This document shows positions 58,256-64,000 of a stretch of 64,000 nt of DNA, piece by piece. A model generated the notes under the pieces. That model saw only the letters and a program-made list of their open reading frames with translations. It had not been told where the DNA came from and did not search any database. The DNA comes from an uncultured virus (IMG/VR IMGVR_UViG_3300046616_000384). Its lineage: Duplodnaviria; Heunggongvirae; Uroviricota; Caudoviricetes. Made by a program: the position numbers and the translations under genes. Position 1 is the stretch's first letter. Each line of letters begins with the position of its first letter. Location of the stretch: IMG/VR virus record IMGVR_UViG_3300046616_000384; one strand, written 5' to 3'.

Positions 58256-58315
58256 CCGTGCTGACTGCACGTGACCCCCGGCGGATCTCTCCACCGGGGA
58301 CCATGCGCCTTCAGT
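58256..58315 (-). repeat. 60-bp structured repeat, copy 1
   Basis: 54/60 identical to 59842-59901; long hairpin. Confidence 0.85.
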
Positions 58316-58542
58316 TAGTCGACGCGACCGCCTCGGGTCCATGCCCGGGTCTGGCCGGAGCGGGCGATACCCGCCACCTGGCCGCCGAACCGTCCCCGGC
58401 TCGTCCCTGCCGTCACCTTGGCCACCTTGGTGGTGGCGCACGATGAAAGCAGGATCTCGTCGGCCAGCTGGTCGGCGTCAGGCCGGTCGAAGTCCGGCAG
58501 AACCGGGGCGACGACGGGTGCTTCAGTGAGTGCTACGGACAT
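58315..58542 (-). CDS. hypothetical protein
   Basis: AAGGAG RBS. Confidence 0.5.
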   Translation of the reverse strand: MSVALTEAPVVAPVLPDFDRPDADQLADEILLSSCATTKVAKVTAGTSRGRFGGQVAGIARSGQTRAWTRGGRVD

Positions 58543-58581
58543 TTGTTTCTCCTTCTGGTTGGGTACTGCATCTTTTTTTGG

Positions 58582-59817
58582 TTACCGCCGGACGACCGAG
58601 TCGGGGACGGTGTTCTTGATGATGAGGTGCCACGTCTGGCCGTCTCCCAGCTTGCGGGCGACGTGGTCCTTCTCACGGCCGATGGGGTCGTGGTACAGCT
58701 GGCCCCTGGCGAGCGTTGAGCCATTGGGCATCCGTGCCACCTCTGTGGCGCGGTGGTTGGTGCCCAGCAACATGGCGCGGGGCTCTTGACCCCGTTCGCG
58801 CATCTCGCTGCGCTTCTCGAAGGCGGCCCCCATCTTGCGAAGGGTGCGCCTGTCGAATGATGGTGCGGCGATAGCGAAGATGTCACCCTGCCTGCTGATC
58901 TTGCGGCCCATCTGCTCGGCCAGCAGGACCGGCTCGGGCTTCAGGAACTCGTAGGCTTCAGCGACGGTGGTTGGTTTCACCCTTGGAGGCATCTCGGCGA
59001 AGAAATACAGCGGCATCGGCTCCTGATGGTCGAAACCTGACAGGAAGTAGGCCCACCGGTGGTGTTCCTTGCCGTCCTCGGTCTTCCACGTCACCTTGGC
59101 ATAAATCAGGGACTCTCCCAGCCAGTGGTGGTGTGTCTCCCACTCGTACACCGTTCCCTCATCGGTGTTGGTGACGGTGATCTCGGGAGACCACGTGCGC
59201 CTGTTGGTCCGGAGGACCTGCTTTGTGCCGACCTTGCGCTGCTCGAACTTGGCCCATTCGGGGAAGTCATCCACCGTGTACTTCCTGCCGCCGTGGCGGC
59301 CGTCGTACCATGGAAACTTCTTCAGCCACGCGGCCCGCTCCTCGCGGGTCAGCTCGAAGCTCTGCATGATCGGCTCGTTATGCCAGATGGCACCCGATGG
59401 GAACTCCTTCGTCCGGTGGTGGATCTCCTCGTTCCGGTCCGGGAGCACGTCGATGATCTTGATGGAGTCAATCTCAACGCCGGACTCTTCCAGAGCCGTG
59501 AACGGGATGATCACCTGCTTGCGGCCGACGAGGTGGTTGCGCACCCACGCCTGATGCGTTGTGGTGCCGCCCCCTCCCCAGCCCCAGCCGCCGCCCCCAA
59601 AATTGAAGGGGACTCGCAGCTCGTCTCCGTTGAGGATGTAGTGGGTGACCTTGCCGCTCTTGTTCTTGATCGCTCGCACCAGCTCAAAGTTGCGGTCGAA
59701 AGCATACAGCCTGCCGTCGTACACGGGGATGCGTGGGTTCCACAGATGCTTCTCTGCGGCGCCTTCGGTGACGTCCACCCACCTCCTCGCAACGTCTGAG
59801 ATGGTGTTACTTCCCAT
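58582..59817 (-). CDS. conserved phage hypothetical protein
   Basis: YFLSGFD..YFFAE.P..A...LKP..RQGDIFAI..H. Confidence 0.75.
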   Translation of the reverse strand: MGSNTISDVARRWVDVTEGAAEKHLWNPRIPVYDGRLYAFDRNFELVRAIKNKSGKVTHYILNGDELRVPFNFGGGGWGWGGGGTTTHQAWVRNHLVGRKQVIIPFTALEESGVEIDSIKIIDVLPDRNEEIHHRTKEFPSGAIWHNEPIMQSFELTREERAAWLKKFPWYDGRHGGRKYTVDDFPEWAKFEQRKVGTKQVLRTNRRTWSPEITVTNTDEGTVYEWETHHHWLGESLIYAKVTWKTEDGKEHHRWAYFLSGFDHQEPMPLYFFAEMPPRVKPTTVAEAYEFLKPEPVLLAEQMGRKISRQGDIFAIAAPSFDRRTLRKMGAAFEKRSEMRERGQEPRAMLLGTNHRATEVARMPNGSTLARGQLYHDPIGREKDHVARKLGDGQTWHLIIKNTVPDSVVRR

Positions 59818-59841
59818 TGCTCCTCCTTTTTTGTTGGGATG

Positions 59842-59901
59842 CCGTGCTGACTGCACGTGGCCCTCAGCGGATCTCTCCGCTGGGGACTATGCGCCTTCAG
59901 T
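59842..59901 (-). repeat. 60-bp structured repeat, copy 2
   Basis: 54/60 identical to 58256-58315. Confidence 0.85.
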
Positions 59902-62159
59902 CCTTGTAGCCGGACGGACCGATGTTCATCCACTCCAGCGCCATGTTCACCTGATCGATGCCGCTGGAGGCCTCCTGCAGCATCTCTGAGATCGCGCCCC
60001 ACTGCTGCTCGGGGATGGCGTAGGCTCTCGGGTTGATGGACCCGCTGGCCGCTGTGAACAGGCCGTAGCCGTGCGTGATCAGCACGGCCGCCTCCAGCTT
60101 CTCCAGGGGACTCATCTCCGGAACCGAAGCCGTGGCGATGATCGCTTTCATCAGCGACTCAGGCAACGGCTTCTTGATCTGTTCGGTCACTCGCCCACCT
60201 CCTCCAGCTCATGGCTCATGAGCCAGAAGATCCTCGGCCCTTCGGGGTCCCATGCCCACGCGGGGAGCAGGAGCAGGATGATGTCGTTCTCATCCGTCCT
60301 GTCGATCTCCACGCGGTACTGGGTGATCCGCTCGCCCTCGTCAGACCACGACTCGCCGACCGTGACCACGGTGCCTGTCAGGCCCACGTAGTCCGGCGCG
60401 CTGTCGTACCTGCTGGGTACGCATCGCACCCTGGCCCCTACGGCCAGTGTCTCAGTGGTTGTACTCATGCTCCCTCCTTCTCCGATCTCCATAGAACGGC
60501 TGGCAGGCAGGGCATCTCAGCCCTGCCCGCCCGTCGGCCTGTGGTTACTCTCCTTCCTCGTCGATCATCATGCGCTCCAGCATGGCGCGCTCCTCGAAGC
60601 CCTGGGCGTCGGCGCGTATGTCAGCCATCATCAGCAGGTTCATGCGCCAGACGACCTCGTGCTCCTCTAGACCGTCCTCGTGGGTCCGGATGTTCGCCGG
60701 GTTTGACGGGTCTGCGCCGAAGGTGACCACCCGCGCCATGTAGTGGCCGCAGTCGCTGAAGTACGCGACGTACAGGTCAAACCCTGCATGCGGGAAGGAC
60801 ATCTGAATGGCGAGCCCGGAGGCCGCGTTGGCCCGGAGGTGGGCCAGCGTCTCCTCAGCGGTGCCCGTGGCCGTATCTCCTTCGTGTGCCATGTTCCACT
60901 CCTTCTCTGTGGTTCTGTGGACGGTCCACAAAACTCATGACAGGCCGGGAAGCTCCCGGCCTGCCATGCGCCCGGTGGTGTGTCAGACTCCGAGTTCGAC
61001 GATCTGCTCCACCGCCTCGTTGCCTTCGGCCAACGCGCCGAACAGGGCCTCAAAGTCCCCGTCGCGGCTCGCGATGGCCGCCGTCTCTCGGCAGGCGAGG
61101 AGCGTCAGCCGGGGGATGAGTTGATCGGCGGACAGGTCCGTCTCTTCAATGTCGTCCATGCCCGGTGCTGACGCCTTGATGCTGAACGTCTCCGCGTCCG
61201 CGTCGTACTTGGCTTCAAGGTGCGTCTCCGAGACGGGAAAGTCGATCACGGCAGTCTCACCTGGGTGGGCCTGCATGTCCGCAACCGTCTCGGCGGCGTT
61301 ACCCTTGAATGCGCCTTCAGTCATGGTGTGCTCCTTTCATCGGTTCTGTGGCGTGTCCATAGAACTCCCAACCGATTGAGGGTCTGAGTCTCAGTCGGCC
61401 GGGCGCTCGGTGGCGACTTGGTTACATCAGGAAGTCCAGCGGGTCGCCGTCTCCGACGGCTTCCTCGAAGGCTTCAAAGTCGTTGGCCAGAAGCGCCGCC
61501 TCCGCCTCCGCCTTGCGGTCCCTCTCGGGCGCGTCGGTACCGGCCACGATGAGCTTCTGTCCCTTGCCGGTGCCCAGTTCACCCGACGTCTGAGAGCGGA
61601 AGTGATCATCACAGACGTAGGCCCAGGGACCGTGCAGGGTCTTGGCGTCATACGCGGCCTTGACCGGTTCCGCGTGCGGAAGCTGGCAGTCAGGCAGCTC
61701 AACGACAATTGCTGTAGTTCCCATAGCATCTCCATTCTGAAATTCACCCCCGCACCTCGCGCGGGGGGTTGGTGGGAATTCACCACTGCGTCTCACCTCC
61801 GCACCTCGCGCGGGGGAGATGAGACACAGAAGCTAATTCCCGACCGGGGAATCGGCCATTTCGGGATTGGCAAGCACCAACCGATCGAATTCGTCGATCT
61901 CGGCGGACTTGCCGGATACCCGTTCGCTGTGAGTGACCACGGCGGCGATTATTTTGATTGCGTCAACGCGCGTGAGGGAAGCCCATTGAAGGGCTTCCGA
62001 TTCGCCCGTGGGCCGGACGTAGAGCGCGAAGCGTTCGCCGACGCCGCCGTCCGCACAGCGGAGGAAGAGGTCGAATCCCGCCACGGCGTCCGAGTGGACG
62101 AGCGCGTTAGGCATAAGCCGCGCCGAATCGAATCCAGCGAGAATATTCATTGTTGCCAT
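59897..62159 (-). other. six early hypothetical genes (59897-60190, 60187-60468, 60545-60892, 60983-61324, 61422-61724, 61833-62159)
   Basis: Mostly with clear RBSs, separated by hairpin-rich spacers. Confidence 0.6.
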
Positions 62160-62197
62160 TGTCGTTTTCCGATCTGTTGTTTGCCTATGAAACAAGC

Positions 62198-62233
62198 CTG
62201 CCCGGACTGTCAAGTCCGGAAAACCGGTTACGC
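62198..62233 (-). promoter_or_regulatory. 36-bp element copy 1 (TTGACA on minus strand; operator/promoter)
   Basis: CTGCCCGGACTGTCAAG-N5-AAAACCGGTTACGC. Confidence 0.7.
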
Positions 62234-62436
62234 GGTCCGTCGCGCGTTCCCGCGCGGGTGCGCGCCCGGCGGCGGGCAACCGATAGCAAGCTATCGGAAT
62301 GTTCCGCCGGCGATAGTTGACTATCGCTTTTTGGTGTTCATCCTGGTTGAAGATTCAATTGAAGATTCAATGAATGTTCGAACCTGGTAGCTAACTATCG
62401 GTTTATCCTCCCTCCGGTTTGTTTTCTGATTCCAGA

Positions 62437-62472
62437 CTGCCCGGACTGTCAAGCGTGAAAAACCGGTTACGC
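62437..62472 (-). promoter_or_regulatory. 36-bp element copy 2
   Basis: 32/36 identical to copy 1; overlaps the -35 of rightward TTACGC-N17-TAGACT. Confidence 0.7.
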
Positions 62473-62542
62473 AACGGACGCTTTAGCTCTAGACTGTGAA
62501 TTGCCGGGCAAGCCGCCCGGCAACGATTAGGGAGGTTAGGCA

Positions 62543-63580
62543 ATGGCAACGGCAAGCTATGAGGCGGTCAAATTGCGTAAGCAAATTGCCCGGGATATGG
62601 GAATACGCCTATCGGCGTTGAAAATCCCGGCAATGCCGGAAAATGCAAAAGACGTAAACCGCCGGGCGGATAACGTGGCGGAAAAATTCGGCACGTTCGG
62701 AATTGACCGTGAAATGAATGAATGGTCAACGGCGCTACGGGACGTTATGCGGGAAAACCACACCGCGATTATGGCGCGGAAAATCACCCGGGCAATTCCG
62801 GCAACAAAAGCCGCGCTAGTCACAACGAAAATCGGTTATGACGTAGTGACAATTTCCCGCGTGGAAAAAGCCGCTAACGTCGATTCAATCCGCCGCCAAT
62901 TGGCAAAAGCGATTGAGCGCGAAAATGCGGCAATGGCGGCACGGGAGGCGGCGGAAGAATTAGAGGCACGTAAGACAAACCTAGAACGGGCACCAAAAGC
63001 CGTTAAAGCCGCCTCTAAGCGCCGTTCAGTGCTGGCAGACAGGGAACATGCCCGTGTGCGCTTTTTGCGCCGCAAATTGGCACGTGCCGCCTCCCAACGG
63101 GTAGCAAACAATCTCACCTATTCCCGCGTTGGGGATGTGAGGCTTTCACTCAATCCGCAATCAATGGCAAATCAGGTTGCGCGGCTTGTGGCGGATATTC
63201 CAGACAGGAAAGACGTGCACCCATTTAGGGAATTGCCGCGAATCAGGAAAGTGACTGGCACAACGGCAACGGCAATAATCGGAAAGCCGGAAAACGAATT
63301 GATCTGGCAGGAAGACAAAGCCGTTCTAGACGCCGCCCGGAAAGAACGGGACGAAAAAGCGGCGGCGGAAAAAGCCCGAATTGCGGCAATAGAGGCGGCG
63401 GAAGAAAAAGCCCGGAAAGCCGCATTAGAGGCGGCTCGAATTGAGCGCCGTAATCAGCGCCGAATTGATAACGCGGAAAAATATGAGGCAACGCGAATTG
63501 CCGCTAATGCCCGTAGGGCACTTGCCGCGAAAATCCGCCGGGAAAATGCAAAGCACAAACAACCTAAGAAAATGCGTTAG
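62543..63580 (+). CDS. basic Ala/Arg/Lys-rich coiled-coil protein of unknown function
   Basis: 345 aa; GGGAGG RBS; own putative promoter and terminator; atypical codon usage. Confidence 0.75.
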   Translation: MATASYEAVKLRKQIARDMGIRLSALKIPAMPENAKDVNRRADNVAEKFGTFGIDREMNEWSTALRDVMRENHTAIMARKITRAIPATKAALVTTKIGYDVVTISRVEKAANVDSIRRQLAKAIERENAAMAAREAAEELEARKTNLERAPKAVKAASKRRSVLADREHARVRFLRRKLARAASQRVANNLTYSRVGDVRLSLNPQSMANQVARLVADIPDRKDVHPFRELPRIRKVTGTTATAIIGKPENELIWQEDKAVLDAARKERDEKAAAEKARIAAIEAAEEKARKAALEAARIERRNQRRIDNAEKYEATRIAANARRALAAKIRRENAKHKQPKKMR

Positions 63581-63593
63581 GCAATTCTGAATT

Positions 63594-63625
63594 AGCGGCC
63601 CCGGTAATTACCGGGGCCGCTTTTT
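63594..63625 (+). terminator. intrinsic terminator
   Basis: AGCGGCCCCGG-TAATTA-CCGGGGCCGC-TTTTT. Confidence 0.85.
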
Positions 63626-63667
63626 CATGTTCCCGCTGCAGTCCCATATTTCGGTATGCCGTAATTC

Positions 63668-63930
63668 AATTGTTCGCACCAGGTAACTTTTATGTTCGGC
63701 CTGGCGAACTCTATTGTTCGCCCTGGCGAAACCCAATTGTTAGGCGCACCTCAATTGGTAGTCCACTTCCACTTGCCAGTTGGTGGGGATGTAGGACATC
63801 CTACGTCCATGTTGGGCCGGCTCAACACTAGAGGTAGGACATCCTATGTCCGTGCCGGCCGGAACATTGTTAGGCTACCTAATAGTTGCACCTTCAACCA
63901 GGGCGAACACCTGACATAGGACGTCCCAGA
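63668..63930. repeat. terminal repeat cluster
   Basis: TGTTCG..(A/T)GG units at 63671, 63693, 63715; TAGGACATCCTA at 63792 and 63835, variant at 63917. Confidence 0.7.
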
Positions 63931-64000
63931 TCCTACCCTGTTGCAGCGGGAACACTGGCACGTTGGGACATGCATAATCATGCGGATACCCAAAAGCCCC

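Noticed and set aside
61410..62390. 326-aa plus-strand ORF
   Set aside because: Overlaps better-supported minus-strand genes and structured spacers; no RBS or motifs
62370..62395. GGTTCGAAC (minus strand) as a tRNA T-loop
   Set aside because: No T-stem or cloverleaf can be formed

Overview
The window is an almost complete genome of a GC-rich tailed actinobacteriophage (siphovirus; host probably Arthrobacter/Micrococcaceae-like, by inference). Layout: short leftward regulatory arm (0.2-3.7 kb); C5 DNA methyltransferase; rightward virion operon (tail-like genes upstream of terminase, then terminase, portal, head, tail and lysis genes, 4.9-31.2 kb); leftward replication/recombination block (31.8-42.7 kb); L5 gp71-like immunity repressor; a structured ~0.8 kb non-coding region; a rightward parA + ribbon-helix-helix partition operon; and a long leftward early arm of small hypothetical genes ending in a repeat-rich terminus. 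I see no integrase, DNA polymerase, Rep initiator, tRNA or CRISPR. Most notable: (1) five dispersed arrays of GTAC-core repeats at 11-bp period, one on the parA promoter, suggesting a distributed parS/operator system of a plasmid-like prophage; (2) an 8-nt insertion putting the terminase Walker B motif out of frame; (3) a +1-frame polypeptide nested in the methyltransferase; (4) families of long intergenic hairpins in the early arm; (5) a self-contained secreted-protein + 2-TM cassette; (6) unpaired HigA-like and HicA-like genes. All family calls are by-eye motif recognition and synteny, not database searches.
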